Both the position numbers and the translations under genes were made by a program. Below the pieces are notes generated by a model. That model made no database searches and was not told the origin of the DNA. It worked only from the letters and a program-made list of their open reading frames with translations. A DNA stretch of 64,000 bases from assembly GCA_964016885.1 (NCBI GenBank), contig OZ024742.1:345464001-345528000 (forward strand). Direction: 5' to 3'. This document shows positions 44,084 to 59,389 of this stretch, piece by piece. This stretch comes from Eledone cirrhosa. Lineage: Eukaryota. Position 1 is the first letter of the stretch. Every line of letters begins with the position of its first letter.

Positions 44084-44399
44084 CATATAATTATATAAAC
44101 GTATATAAATATAAACACATAAATACGTATATAGCGCACGCACACACATATCTACAGGTAAAAGCACATATGTTCACCAAACTACGTCAACCAAAACGCA
44201 ATGTACACTTATACGCACCTTACATACGTGCAAACACGCATACACGCATACACACACACAAAACACAAAATACACATATACACATATACCAGTATATATA
44301 ATATAATATATACTCCTACAAATACAAGCATACATACGTACGAGAAAGTATACATACCTTCACAAAACATACGGGTAAGATATACTACCCTATACAAAA

Positions 44400-45390
44400 G
44401 AGTAATAGTATAAACATAAAATATACTTAGCTACCACATCAAGACGTAAATTATCCACGTATTGTGCGTACTGTCCGTTAGGGTATAATGTGGAACTGTA
44501 ATACAGGAAAGTTTTATGCAATTTGTGTTTACAAGCCGAAATTGCCTCAGATTTTTTGTTTAAGATGTGGTCATTGGCGTAGACTATTTCCAGGGCTTCA
44601 GCGGCCCAAAGATCCCATGGTCGTTTATTTCTGTTATACGATCTAGCTTTAGCTAGGATCTCCCAGTGTAACCTATATTGGGTGTCGTTGTCTTTTAGAC
44701 TCCAGATAGAAGCTGAAAGGGAAGGGACGTCATATTCCTTTTTAAAGGGTTAAGAAAAGAATGGGTGTGCATGTAAAGACGCTACTTAAATCTATTGGCG
44801 GTTAACCCTATGTAGGCCATACTGGACGTGGGTGTTTCGACCTTACATTTGTAGACAATGTTACTGGAGAGGCATTTCCCGGATAGAGGGCAGTCAATCC
44901 GATTCCTACAATTACAGTTAGTACTAGCTACCGGGTTGCATGTGTTCCTACGTCTAGGTAATTTAGCTAAATTTGAAGCAGTGATGTTATGTGCAATGTT
45001 AGGGGTCGTAGAGTAAGATATTTTAATGGTATTTCCATTAAAAATGTTATTATATTAATGTGGTGAGGGGAAATTCTTCTTAATAAGGGATAGAAATATC
45101 TTAGCTAATAGTGTGGCCACCTCCATATTATATGGTGGGTTATACACTGTAATGCGTCGGGATCTACTTTTCCTTGTTCTATGCTCATATTTAATATATG
45201 CTACCTTATCGACAAATCCAGCCCAGCAAGAGCTTCATTGTAATATGTAGAATGTCGGTGAAAATATGCTCATTTGTAGATAGACGGGAAAGCCTCAAAG
45301 AAACGTTTCTTACCAGGTTCTTGGTTATGCTGGCCGGATGGTTAGAATGCTTAATTATGTAATTAAGCATATCATTCGGCTTTCTATATA
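44400..45390 (-). pseudogene. degenerate PLE thumb/GIY-YIG fragment
   Basis: Manual translation gives AYIGLTANRFK*RL..H and SLSASIWSLKDNDTQYRLHWEILAKARSY, plus a CNCRNRIDCPL-like linker. Confidence 0.75.
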
Positions 45391-45447
45391 TTTATCCTTA
45401 TCCAGCCTTCTTTGGATTTTATTCTTCACATTCATTATTATTATTAC

Positions 45448-46151
<704 letters not shown>

Positions 46152-46239
46152 ATATGTATATAGTGTATATATATATGTGTGTGTGTGTGTTTGTATGTGT
46201 GTGTGTGTGCATGTAAATATATATATATATATATATATA

Positions 46240-46601
46240 CAAAAGTTCTATTTAAATTGTTGGGATACAACAAGCAAATATTTTTATAACTGATATAAAG
46301 CACTCAACAAATATTTGGAGTAAAAATACGATATTAACAAATAGAAACTATATTTATAAAACCATATCTATTTCATTATACATATTTCAAGGATACCATG
46401 TTAAATTATGGTATGCCTTCATCAGACAAAATACAATATATACCAGTTTTATAAATAAACATTGACGTACCCTTTCAAAATGCAACCGTTACTTTTGGAT
46501 GATATCAGGATGAAGGCATACCATAAGTTAACATGGTATCCTTGAAATATGTATAATGAAATAGATATGGTTTTATAAATATAGTTTACATTGTTAATAT
46601 C

Positions 46602-46603
<2 letters not shown>
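46240..46603. mobile_element. PLE 3'-end fold-back, family B
   Basis: Long arm 46240-46505 (-) with hammerhead at 46369-46433. The short arm 46510-46603 starts at GATGAAGG inside the core. Confidence 0.88.
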
Positions 46604-46639
<36 letters not shown>

Positions 46640-47729
46640 GTCTGACGGATACCGATTGACTATAATTTTTTAATGGTCATTGGGGAAATGGAAATTGACT
46701 CGGGATCTATGATAACGTGCAATAAACTTACACTAAGTATCAAACAGACTCTTTTCTTCAGCCTTATAGTCCCTGGTGATGACGTCGCGGAGGAGTTTAT
46801 TATTGTTGGGGCTTGCTGCAAACCAAATTGAGTGGAGGAGCCATCCAATGGTGCCACTTACATGTGTAAGTTTACACACTTGCTTGCATCGGTTTTAAAT
46901 ATTATTTCATTGCCTCAACGATAGTTAATGAATTTGGACAGTACAGTGTGGATATATACCTAAAAGCATGACACACACGAATAAAATGGACCACCTACCA
47001 AATCCATGCTTGCTTTGATGAATATCATGACATTATAATCATTAGCCATGTAATTAAATTTTGTAATTTGAAAATTGTATGGGTTCCATATTTCTTTCTG
47101 TATATTGTCATTCCCTCCTTTCAAACAATCTCGTTCATATATGTGTACAAACTGAATTTTCATTAAGATTTTATTAATTTTACTATTTTAATATCGATGG
47201 CTTTCTTGGGGTGAATTAAATATTCCCTTCATTCTCTCAAAGTGAAGTATTTGTTCCTTTTATAATTATAATCTTAGATTTAAGAAAGGCAATTAGATGT
47301 TGCATTAAACACCCTACATAGAATAGATTGCGTTAATCAATACTACGTGTCAACATCCATCAAACGCCAATTCCTACGTATATGACAAATAATAATCTCC
47401 TTGGGTCACCTCTTCTCACTCATGATACAAACTTTCTGAGCTTTCTCCTCTCCATATGTCAGAAATTTTGATTGGCGTGGAATTAGATCTCCTGCACTAT
47501 CCTAAAACTTTGCCCGCATCGTAACCACAACGGTCACCATTTATCCGAGGACACCTTCCAGCTTCATCGTCATATCTCAATCTGTAGGTAATGACGGCCC
47601 TATGGCTACGATATATGAACTAGAATTCAGTTCCATATACATGGTATTAGGAAGCATGGTATTAATAACATAAATCCCATATCGGAAGGAAGATTCACCT
47701 AAAATACACAAATCAGACTGCTTTATTAA

Positions 47730-48095
47730 CCCTTTAGTATTTAAACCGGCCGTATCCGGCCAGAATTCTCTCACCTCTTCCTCTTCAAACCGGCTGTAAC
47801 TGGTCGCTCATACTTATATTAAGATATTGTTCTCAAAATAAATAATATCAAAATTTCATAGATTCGATATTCTGTGAGATAATTATGGGAGGTAAAGCCT
47901 TTACTCTGAAAATATAATTGTTTCTTCTTTAGGCACAAGGCCAGCAATTACCCAGTGCATTACTGGTACTTTATTTTATCGACCCCGTAAGGATGAAAGG
48001 CAAAGTAAACCTCGGCGGGATTTGAACTCAGACCGTAAAGGGACGTAACTATGCTGGAAAGCATGGCGTCCTAGAGTAATGTAAATGCTAAAGGG
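47730..48095. mobile_element. piggyBac-type MITE containing a SINE (47913-48071, -)
   Basis: TTAA|CCCTTTAGTATTTA ... TAAATGCTAAAGGG|TTAA. Confidence 0.75.
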
Positions 48096-48150
48096 TTAAA
48101 ATTAAGGAATCAGCAACAGCAGTGTGCAAATATGTAGGATGGTTAAAAGG

Positions 48151-48338
48151 TAATTATTGTTTCTACTTTTGGCACAAGGCCATCAATCATCCCAGTGTAT
48201 TACTGGTACATTCTATCGACCCCGTAAGGATGAAAGGCAAAGATAACCTCGGCGGGAGTTGAACTCAGACCATAAAGAGCCGTAACTCTTTGTTATAAAG
48301 AATGGCGTCAGACCGTCTACCGATACTGCCAATCCACG
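48151..48338 (-). mobile_element. tRNA-derived SINE
   Basis: SINE core. TSD GGTTAAAAGG at 48141-48150 and 48339-48348. Confidence 0.88.
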
Positions 48339-48636
48339 GGTTAAAAGGCTATGATAACATTGTGTATAAGATGAAATGGAAGTATTGAGGACAGAGCAGG
48401 TTGTAGATCGATTGTACAGGAAGTTGATGGTTATTACATAGTGGGGGAAAGCCAATACTTTGAACAGTATAAACATGGAAATATTCTGAAGTATTTAGTA
48501 ATTTTCATAGGTAAATGTCATGGGTGTTTAGTGTCTGATACAGAGGAGCACTGTCATAGCACTTAAACATGGGGGAGCACAAATCTGTTCAGGTCTAAAG
48601 AGAACGAGTTGACGATGATGATGACGATGATGATGG

Positions 48637-48668
<32 letters not shown>

Positions 48669-49157
48669 GTGAGGAGGAGGAGGGGGAGGAGGAGGAGGAG
48701 GGGGGGGGACTCAGTACTGGATTAGTACATTAATTTACTACCTCGGTGTATGAAAGGCAGTGTTGACCACATTGGAGTTTGAACTCAACACAGAAAGCAG
48801 AGCGTCGGACTGAATACCTGGAGGCATTCTCGCCGACATTCTAATGTCTCTCATAACGCACTGTCTCATGAAGGTACATATTAATATTGTGGCGAACAAC
48901 TGCGCCACCTGCCTTAATAAATGTAAACAGATACAACTCCCGAAGGTATTCTCATTCGATAATTTCTTAAAATAACCATCTCTAACTTTAATGAATTTAC
49001 TCTAAAATAACTTATGTATAAACTTGCAAAAGGGAGGCGGGTATAGGAACATACATACATGCTTATATACATATACATACATTTATACATACATATATAC
49101 ATACATTCATACATATATATATACATACATATATAAATACATTCATACATATATACA

Positions 49158-52100
49158 CTAGCAGAAGTGCCCGGCGTTGCTCGGGGCTGAATTGCTTGAA
49201 AGTACTGTTAATGATTGCACTGAATTATGATTATTCAGGCAAAGATTGATATAAGTTTACGCCGAATGAATCTATTTGTAAGTGTATAGAAAGCCCTGTA
49301 AAGGGGTTCCTACCCCCTCGTAGAATGGTGTAAGAATTGAATGTGAGGTTGCCTTGAAAAGGGCCATGTTATTGTTCTCATAATTGTAAGAATTTGATAG
49401 TCGTGGAAGGGGGTGTAAAACGTTCGCAGGTGAATAGGGCCTCTTCGTTTTCCACGAACGGCAGCGGATGTGCTCTTTACAAAACTTCATGGTGTGTTAA
49501 AAGAGAATCGATGCCCTATGTAGGCAAGAGGGGAATTAAGTATGGGTAAGTAAATACAGGTAATTTATAAAATCTAGAACAATAGCATCTACTCACCATA
49601 TGTCAGACCGGCAAGACTGTAGTGGTGCTGAATAGATGAATCACAACACGTCTGTGGTGGAGATGTTGTTTTCATTGATCGGCGTTATGAGAAAATTTGT
49701 TGTTGTATAAAATGATCTGTTGCTTAGTTTTGAAAGTGTATGTTGCGATCGTGTTGTCGCTGATGTAAACTTTAATAGTGAGAGTGTAGATGTAGGGGTA
49801 GATGTCTCATGTACGTTGGATATAGAAGATGAGGCTGCTGGTTTGATGACGAATGGATGGAAATAGAGGTGAGCGGAGGACAGGTGTTGGTTAAGTGTGA
49901 AGTAATTTCAGGAAACGCCTAAAAATGTAAATGCCATCATAAAAGAGAGTCGTATGTAAGTGAAATACTAACGTGTTGTTCCAAAATGATGAAGCGTAGT
50001 AATCCTATGAAACATCCTTGTACACAATGTTTTTCGTTTTTCGTTGTGGAATGAACGCGAAAGCATCACTGTTGCTGCCGACACGCGAGCAGCCAACGTA
50101 AAGCTGACCATGAGAGAAACATGGCTCCCCCAAATGTATTCCCGCCACAGACAGTGTTTGACCCTGCGCTTTGTTAATTGACATAGCGAAACATGGCCTT
50201 ACTGGGAACTGGGACCTCCGAAATGTGAAAGGTTGGTCTGCTCCTGATGAGAAAAGATGCATCCTAGGTATGAGCACAACGTTGCCTCGACCGCACCCTG
50301 TGATAATCGTGGCCTCAATCAGATTGGGAGATAAGGACTTAACGATCAAACGTGTGCCATTGCATTGTTTCGGGGGAACCAAATTTCTAATGAGCATTAT
50401 AGGGGCACCAACTTTAAGTTTGAGAATGTGTGGTGGTAGTCCGGAGGGCTTAAAGGAATTGAGTACCTCTATTGGATAGTTGATGACGTCCTCTGGGTCA
50501 GGAGTTGTATCGATAGACTTATATACATAGCCATCCCGAGGAATGAGTTTTAGCATTTGATCATTAATATGGTGAACAGTTTTATTCCTCGGGGCCAGAA
50601 TAGCCCTTGGCCAATCCAATCCATATTCTGATAATTAGCTTGCAGATCTGGGAACACTGCATCTCTGAGATCAGAAGGCGTATTAACAATGGTACAAATG
50701 GAATCGATGGCAATATTACCATTTTCATCCCCGGTTATTTTATCTTCGCCAAGTGCAAGGAGGGTGTGAGAAAATGCTGCTGATGTGATATCACGTCGCA
50801 TATGAGCACGCATGTTAGTGTTAAGTTTGAGAGTGTTCACCAGTGGCCACGATGTGGATGACTTAAGACACGCACTTACTGCATCAGCTCTAGTCCCCTT
50901 GGGAATAACGGGAAGTGTTTGCCGGATGTCCCCTGAAAGAAGAAGTGTTATGCCTCCCATGGGAGCTGTAGAGTGTTTGATGTCTCTGAGAGATCTATCT
51001 AGTGCCTCAAGAGCACCTCTGTGGGCATTTCAAACGATAAGCTTGCATCGTCTGAAGGCTTCTGCCTGATTGGAGCTGTTACTGATGTTTCAAGTTGGTG
51101 TCTCAGTCTTCGCTAAGTCAAGCGGGAGCTTGAAAGTGGAGTGAGCTGTCCTGCCGCCTGGCAACAAAGTAGCCGCAATTCCAGATGATGCCACAGCTAG
51201 GGCAATGCCGTGTGTTCGCCTAATCTCAGTCAATATTAATTTGTTGACAAAAGTTTTCCCAGTGCCCCCAGGTGCATCCAGGAAAAAAATCCCCCCAGCT
51301 TTGGCCGGGACTGAATTAACAACGGAGTTGTAAGCGAACTTCTGTTCTGGAAGTAGCTTTGGCTCATTCTCCGCTATGTACTGTGCAAGCTCGTCAACAT
51401 TAAAACATGTCTCACGCAGCAAATCTGAAGACAGAGTGTTTGTGCGTTCCCGGTTTGTTGAAGGTAGGCCATATACCGCCAAGGCACTACCGACCATATC
51501 AAGTACAGTATCTTCGATTTCAAGCAGCGCCCTGTTGTAAATGAGGTCACTGTACCCGACCTCCATTGATGGATGTAGCCATTGAGCGTGACGCAGGAAA
51601 TCTTCATACATATAATATTTGTAGGTAAGCCATACAGAGGCGGGATCAGCCAAGTCACACCATAGGAGTAGAATAGCGAAAAGCGATCTGATTTTTTTAG
51701 GAGATTTTAACGAAACACCCTCCGCCATAGTGGCGCCCCACTTGAATCGTCCTCCAAAAGTCCACGCCGAAAGCAGGCTTCGCGGAAAGTATCACATAAT
51801 ACACCGTCAACAGTTCTGATGTCTTGAAAACTTTGTGGGCCTAAAACCTCATGGAGTAGAAGGTGCAGGTGAAAACACTCATGTTTGTTTGGAGGTACAG
51901 TGTACACTCTTCCTAGACAACTGTTAAACTTGGCACCAGGATGTCCTTCAACATCCTGACCCGACTTCCTACGCACCCAATTGTTGTTTGACCACACGTA
52001 GTAGGACGGGACTTGAGGGTATACAAGTGTTTTGGCAAATGTGTCAAGTTGGCAAAGCTTAAAAAAACCAGTCAAAGTTGTTTCTTTAGGATTGGCCGCC

Positions 52101-55100
52101 AAATGAGCAGCAGTCTGTTCAGTAAAGTAAGCTCGCTGGCCATTTTCCAAATGAACCGCTAGTTGTATGATGGCGGGGTGCTTTTGGTGAAGCGGAAACC
52201 CGAATATCCGCCAAAAAGCTTCACCACTGCTGATATATCGACCTGCCAAGTACTCCGACACCTCGTCCATGCTATTGTCGTTTTGAAGGCCGAACATGGC
52301 AGCGTCGGAACCCTTGTTAACATATTTACATATATACTTTATAGACTTTACTGAATGACAGAACTCCACATTTATGTGAGCGTTAAAAGTTTTCATCAGA
52401 AACGGACAGTACGGGACTACCCACCTATGATGACTACCCACTTGATGACCCCGTAACGTCATATTGAATCCACCATTGTCAGGGTGCCTTCGTCTGTACA
52501 GTTGGTATCCGTCGCGGATAGTCTGGGTCTCCTCCACGAACTTCTTTGGGTATCGTTTAGTGCACACATGGTCTTTGTGGCATGAGGAGAACTTTTGAAA
52601 ACCGGGACCGCACGGACCGTGCACCATGTGTGCCTTCACAATGTCGTACAGCTGCCGGTCAACAGTTGGGTCCGGGATTTGTGCTGCGATGACGTCATCA
52701 AGAACTGTCGGGTCTATTTTGTTGACCAACCAAAGCAAAATGTGCGCGTGTGGCAACCCTCTTTTCTGCCACTCAACAGTATACATGTGGCACTTAACAG
52801 GCCCAAAAACCTGCCCTTTTTTTAATTAAATCAATGAGCTTAGCGAGCTTCTGCCTGAAAACCCTTGCAATAATATCATGGCGATGGCAGTACTGCTGCC
52901 CTGGGAGAAGTTCTCGCGTTACCTCAACCCACTTTGGGTTACATGTAAAGGTGATGAATAAATCGGGTCGCCCATAATGCCGAAGGTAAGTCATAGCGTC
53001 TTGTGTTCGCTCGTGCATGTACCGTGTGCCCCCTGTATAGGTTGAGGGGAGAATGCAGATCTTGCCGATGTTGCGGGCGTCAGTGTCATTCCTGATGCCG
53101 TCACGCAAATGTATGTAGGAGTCTGAGCGCAGCTGCTTCTGATTCAATTTTATGAAGCACAGTCTCTCGGACTCCATCTTTGCAGCCATGTCAACTGTTA
53201 ACTGGTGAAACAGTTCCTGTGAGCTGTGCAGGGGGCTAAAATCATTATGCCTTGTCATGAAGCGGTATGAGTAGAAAGCCATACATGAAACAGTTTTAGA
53301 TGTCGCAGTAATGGGCTCGTTTGGTCTGTGGTGAGGAATGCCGAAATGGTACCCGTCTTCTCCGTACGGAAAAAGAAGGGGATACTGCAGGGCATCATAT
53401 GAACGATGCGTCTCATTAATACGTCGAAGACCACTGTCGCGGCTTTGAAGAACTATGTCTCGCTTATTGTGCTGTCCACCATGGAGAACTATGGCCACTT
53501 CATTGCACGAAGGAGCGTTATATCGGCGTAGGTGCTCCCCAGAAGGTCTTTTGTCAGCATCGATGACAATGGTGAAGTTTGGTGAAGGGGCTGTTTCCAA
53601 GGAGTATTTGAAACTGCGAATGTAGCTGTTGTGCTCATGAAGCATGTTTTGCAGACTGAGCAGCACGTCCCTGGCAAAATTGTCAGCGTCAGTGTTTGCA
53701 GGTGGTGGAATAACGCCGAAACGCACATCAATTTGCGTATTGTAGTTTGAAATGAAGTAAATTTGAAGGAACGAAGGTTTGGAATTTTGTAGTGGCTGGA
53801 GTGCTCCAATAAGGTGGTACACCTGGCCCTGGACCTTGAAAGTAGGCATCCAACCAGTTTCTCTGACAACGTTAGCCCCGAAAGAAGTCATCTGAAATGC
53901 ACAATTGTACTTCCTGATGATCTGAAGGAATTTTGATGACCTTGAGGTCGAACCAGTAAGTAATTCCTTCAAAGGGTCTGGCAGCTCCCGATGAGGGGGA
54001 AAGCTGACCTTACCGTTTAAGCAGCACATTGCAGGTGGTTCCCCAGCCCACTTTTTAGCGTTGTAGAATTGGCAATTGAAGCACATTTCCCCAATATTTA
54101 TGTCGGCGCGCATCGAGTAATTGAAGTTGGGCTCATACTTGAAAGCCCGTAGATGCCAGTAAGGGCTGTGTGGACTCGTCAGACCACGGGTAGCCTCGCG
54201 CCGTCGACTGTTCCGCTGGAATGTAGAACGTTGCTGGTCTGAACCGTGGGAAGGTGTCGCATCAGTAGCAGAAGCGACGTTTGCAATGGTAATGGACCGG
54301 CCGTCTGCATCTTGAGAAGGCATGGAAGCAGTGAAAGCCGCCTTGTCCCTATGAAGGTGAGTGGTCGGTAGTTCGAAACGTTCCGAAAATCTGGAAGCAG
54401 CAGTAACCGCAGCGTTTTTAGCCAGTCGAGTGGCCCTTTGTTGTGGGCCCACTGAAGCCCTTGAAGCAGCAGCAGTAGCAGCCTTTATAGCCATGCGATT
54501 CGACCTTGTTTCCGGACGCTCTGAAGCCCTGGAAGCAGCATCGTATGAAGCCTTTTTTGCTCGGCGTGTGTTGCGCTGTTGGAAAGTTTCAGCAGCTCGT
54601 GATTCTGCTGATCGTAAGGCGCTCTGTGAAAGTCTGAAATCCTTTTTGTCGGATGACTCGTTTGCGGTAATCGCCTTTTGCGCGGCTGCTGCTGCCGTAT
54701 GGCGGCCGAGGCGACTTCTCTTTTTCGGTGGCATTTTATGTGAAAAATAAAGGGTGAAAGTTACTTAAAGATAGAAATTGTAATGTGAATGAAATGTGGA
54801 AAAATTTTGACCGTGGAAGGAAAAGAAACAAATATTTGGAGCTGAAAGAAATTGTTTAGTTAAGTATAGCGACAGAGTGTGTAAAGTGTATTAAAACGTG
54901 AGTTAAAAGAAAGAAAATGAAGTGAGATGTGTAAGAAAGGAAGTTGTTTACGTACATGTGGCAAATAGCAAATGTTTTAGTTGTTTAATAAAATATTTGT
55001 GTAAAGTGTATAGAAACGTAAATTGAAACAAAGAAAATGAACTGACATTTTTAAGAAAGGAATTTGTTTACGTACATGTTGCAAATGGCAAATGTTTGTG

Positions 55101-55715
55101 CAGTTGTCAGAAATCTAACCAGGGTATATTTGTGGAACTGTGTATTATAATGAATAGTCCATTAGAATTTTTATTTGTTAATGAAGTGTGTATGTGTGGT
55201 TAGAAATCGGGCACGTGGTTAAATTGATTTAAAGTTTAATTATTCATTTGATGTGAGTGTGTGTTTGTATGTGTTTGCAAATAAATAAATCAGTTTGAAG
55301 ACTCACATTTAGAATAAACGAAATTGTACGTTAATGTGGCTAATGTTTTTTGTTGTTTAGTCTGTAAAGTGTATGAGTGAGAGAGTAAAACGGACAGTAT
55401 CAGCATCAACATGAACAATGTAAATGAAAAGAATAGTTGTTTCAGCTAGAAAAGAGAAAGTAGCAGAAAGTATGAAGTTGTATAGATTTTGAAGGGTTAT
55501 GGAAAGAGTTTAGCAGTTGAAATGAGAGAGGTCAAATCGTAAAATATTGAGTTTTATCGATTTTTTGCGTAATTGTGGGTGAAATTGAAAAGAATATATG
55601 TGCCATGACCCAATCGAAGCTACTTCGAATACTGAATTGTAAATTTCAATTGAGGAAATTCTATATCGTAGATTTTTATAACAAAGAAACATGACCATAC
55701 ACTGAGCTTTATAGA
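49158..55715 (-). mobile_element. full-length Helitron
   Basis: 5' A|TC at 55715, 3' hairpin CCCGAGCAACGCCGGG then CTAG|T at 49158, RepHel ORF fragments in between. Confidence 0.92.
50005..54734 (-). pseudogene. Helitron Rep (HUH) - Pif1 helicase, frameshifted
   Basis: YGRPDLFITFTCNP, VEWQKRGLPHAHILL, KYICKYVNKG, FLDAPGGTGKT, GDIRQTLPV, QFPVRPCFAMSINKAQGQTL, FSHGQLYVGCSRV. Split over 5 ORFs, with the Walker B segment deleted near 51030. Confidence 0.93.
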
Positions 55716-56204
55716 TTATGATACATACATATATACATACATTCATACATATATACATACATACATATATACATACATTCATACATATATACATACATAC
55801 ATATATACATACATTAATACATATATATATACATACATACATACATACATTCATACATATATACATACAACATCGGCAGTTTACTAACAAACTATCCTCT
55901 TGCATTATCATTGTACATATATACATACATATATATATATATACACATAAATACATATATATATATACATTCATATATACATATACATATATATATATAT
56001 ACACACATATATACATATACATACATATATATATACATACATATATACATACATATATACATACATACATATGCACATACATACACATATACATACATAC
56101 ATACATACATACAAACATACATACATACATACATACATACATACATACATACATACATACATACATACATACATACATACATACATGCATGCATATATAC
56201 ATAC

Positions 56205-56612
56205 AAAAACTGCCACCAAATTAAAGCACAACCGTCCTGATATCGTTGTTTGGGACCACACATTGAAAACGTGTTCTGTTGTGGAGATCAGCTGCCCACT
56301 TGACAAAAAAAATACAGAAGGAGGACATCTACGGACCATTGATGAGGAGTTTAGAAATCCAGTATCCAAGATACATCTTTAGCTTCATACCCATCATTAT
56401 TGGTGCTACGGGTTATATACCAACCTGCTTGGACCAAAGTATGACTGAACTTGGATTTGCGGACAAAGAGCGCAGCTCCCTAATTCATAGTCTACAAAAG
56501 GTTGCAATAGCTGGCACGTTAAAAATTTGCAAAATATTCTTGCGATTCAAGGGATGACAACTTCTTTTCTTTTACAACCAGGAAGGTAGCAAGTAAAAAA
56601 AATAAGAAAAAA
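56205..56612 (+). mobile_element. RLE-type non-LTR retrotransposon 3' end, family 1
   Basis: HNRPDIVVWD..VVEISCPLD..KEDIYGPL..PIIIGATG, in (CATA)n. Confidence 0.85.
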
Positions 56613-56659
56613 TACATATATAAATACATACATATATACATACATACATATGTACATAC

Positions 56660-57708
56660 GAAAAACTGCATGCCTATCAGCAAAAAATCATGCATGGATA
56701 TGTTACCAGGAAGCTCCAGAGTGAGAGTAATATAGATAAGGAAAGTAGTCTATCTTGGACCAACAACCGCTATATTGGCTCCCACTTTGAAGGATCCGCT
56801 TTTGCAATCCGAGAACAGGAGATTAGCACGAAATACCTGATTCACAAAAGAGATAGGGATGCAGGCAAAACACCTAAATGTGATAACAAGTGCAGACTCT
56901 GCAGAACTAACATCGAGGATATCACCCATGTCATCAGCAGCTATCCAAAGAATGTCATCGCGGTACTATCTACCTATGAGGTATGATGTAGTGGCCAAAA
57001 CACTGTACAATGCAGTTCGTAAAAAAGATAGCCCCGATAATAAACACATTAAAAGCTACAATGTGGAAGACATCCATGTACATAATATGAAAGAGTACTG
57101 GTGGAATGTTCCAGTAAAAACCCCAATAAAATGCCGGCATAACAGACCAGATATTATGATATGGGACAGGGAGAAAAAAACATGCACAGTAGTGGAAATT
57201 AGCTTCCCAGCAGATGCCAATATAATATCAAAGATTAGTGAAAAGGAGAATATTTATGCAGAACTGATGAGAAATCTGCAGATACTCCATCCCTGATTAC
57301 ACCTTCAGATTTATGCCTGTGATTATTGGGGCACAGGGCAATGTTAGTAACTGCCTCAATAGACATCTTGAGAATCTGGGCTTCACAGGAACAGAAAGAA
57401 CACTAGTTAGGAAACTACAAGTACAATCCATTAATGGAACAGCAAAAATATGTAAAACATTCCAAAAGTTTTGCATTTAATAGCTGCATATACACATGTA
57501 CAGATACAAAGCATATACACATGCACACATACAACTCAAAACATCCACATCCACACATAAAATAACATCCATATCTACACATGCATGCATACATACATAT
57601 CTACCTAGTTGATGTTGTGTACATTCCAATGAGAGAGTCTTGTGTCTATGTTAGAAACCGACTCTCTCTCTATTGGTAAAACTTTGTGAAATTATAAAAC
57701 CAGAAGAA
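56660..57708 (+). mobile_element. RLE-type non-LTR retrotransposon 3' end, family 2 (R4/Dong-like)
   Basis: CRLCRTNIEDITHVISS zinc knuckle, RYD, NRPDIMIWD, VVEISFP. Ends ...CCAGAAGAA|(CATA)n. Confidence 0.88.
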
Positions 57709-57717
57709 CATACATAT

Positions 57718-57748
<31 letters not shown>

Positions 57749-57885
57749 AATACAAACGCTCATACACACACATGATACATACATACACACACATACATAC
57801 ATACATACATACATACATACATACATACATACATACATACATACATACATACATACATACATACATACATACATACATACATACA

Positions 57886-58778
57886 CAGGAGATTAGCACG
57901 AAATACCTGATTCACAAAAGAGATATGGATGCAGGCAAAACACTTAGATGTGATAACAAGTGCAGACTCTGCAGAACGAACATCGAGGATATCACCCATG
58001 TCATCAGCAGCTGCCCAAAGATGTCATCGCGGTACTATCTACCTATGAGGCATGATGTAGTGGCCAAAACACTGTACAATGCAGTTCGTAAAAAAGATAG
58101 CCCCGATAATAAACACATTAAAAGCTACAACAATGGGGAAGACATCCATGTTCATAATATGAAAGAGTACTGGTGGAATGTTCCAGTAAAAACCCCAATA
58201 AAATGCAGGCATAACAGACCAGATATTATGATATGGGACAGGGAGAAGAAAACATGGACAGTAGTGGAAATTAGCTGCCCAGCAGATGCCAATATAATAT
58301 CAAAGATTAGTGAAAAGGAGAATATTTATGCAGAACTGATGAGAAATCTGCAGATACTCCACCCTGATTACACCTTCAGATTTATGCCTGTGATTATTGG
58401 GGCACTGGGATATGTTAGTAACTGCCTCAATACAAATCTTGAGAAGCTAGGCTTCACAGGAACTGAAAGAACACAACTAGTTAGGAAATTACAAGTACAA
58501 TCCATTAATGGAACAGTAAAAATATGTAAAACATTCTAAAAATTGTGCATCTAATAACTGCATATACACATGTACAGATACAAAGCATATACACATGCAC
58601 ACATACAACTCAAAACATCCACATCCACACATACAATAACATCCATATCTACACATGCAGACATACATATCTACCTAGTTGATGTTGTGTAAATTCCAAT
58701 GAGAGAGTCTTGTGTCTATGTTAGAAACCGACTCTCTCTCTATTGGTAAAACTTCGTGAAATTATAAAACCAGAAGAA
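57886..58778 (+). mobile_element. RLE-type non-LTR retrotransposon 3' end, family 2, second copy
   Basis: CRLC..HVISSC, RHD, NRPDIMIWD, VVEISCP. Same 3' terminus as the first copy. Confidence 0.9.
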
Positions 58779-58943
58779 CATACATACATACATACATACA
58801 TACATACACACGTACATACATATGCACATACATTCATATATATATATACAAATGCACATACACACACATAATACATACAAACGCTCATACATACATACAT
58901 ACATACATATATATATATACATACATACATGCATGCATACATA

Positions 58944-59319
58944 CTGTTGTGGAGATCAGCTGCCCACTTGATGTAAAAGTTGTCAGAAAAATACTGGAGA
59001 AGGAGGACATCTACGGACCATTGATGAGGAGTTTACAAATCCAGAATCCAAGATACACCTTTAGCTTCATACCCATCATTATTGGTGCTACGGATTATAT
59101 ACCAGCCCTTTGGACCAAAGTATGGCTGAACTTGGATTTGCGGAAAAAAGCGCAGCTCCCTAATTCATAGTCTACAAATGGCTGCAATAGCTGGCACCTT
59201 CAACATTTGCAAAACATTCTTGCGATTCAAGGGATGACAATTTCTTTTCTTTTACAACCTTGCCTCCGGGAAGGTGGCCAGTCAAAAAAAATATACTCGA
59301 AATTAAGAGAAAGAGATAA
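58944..59319 (+). mobile_element. RLE-type non-LTR retrotransposon 3' end, family 1, second copy
   Basis: VEISCPLDVKVVRKILEKEDIYGPL. Confidence 0.85.
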
Positions 59320-59389
59320 CATACATACATACATACATACATACATACATACATACATACATACATACATACATACATACATACATACA

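Noticed and set aside
46630-47725. Possible decayed transposase region
   Set aside because: No convincing termini or motifs were found by eye.
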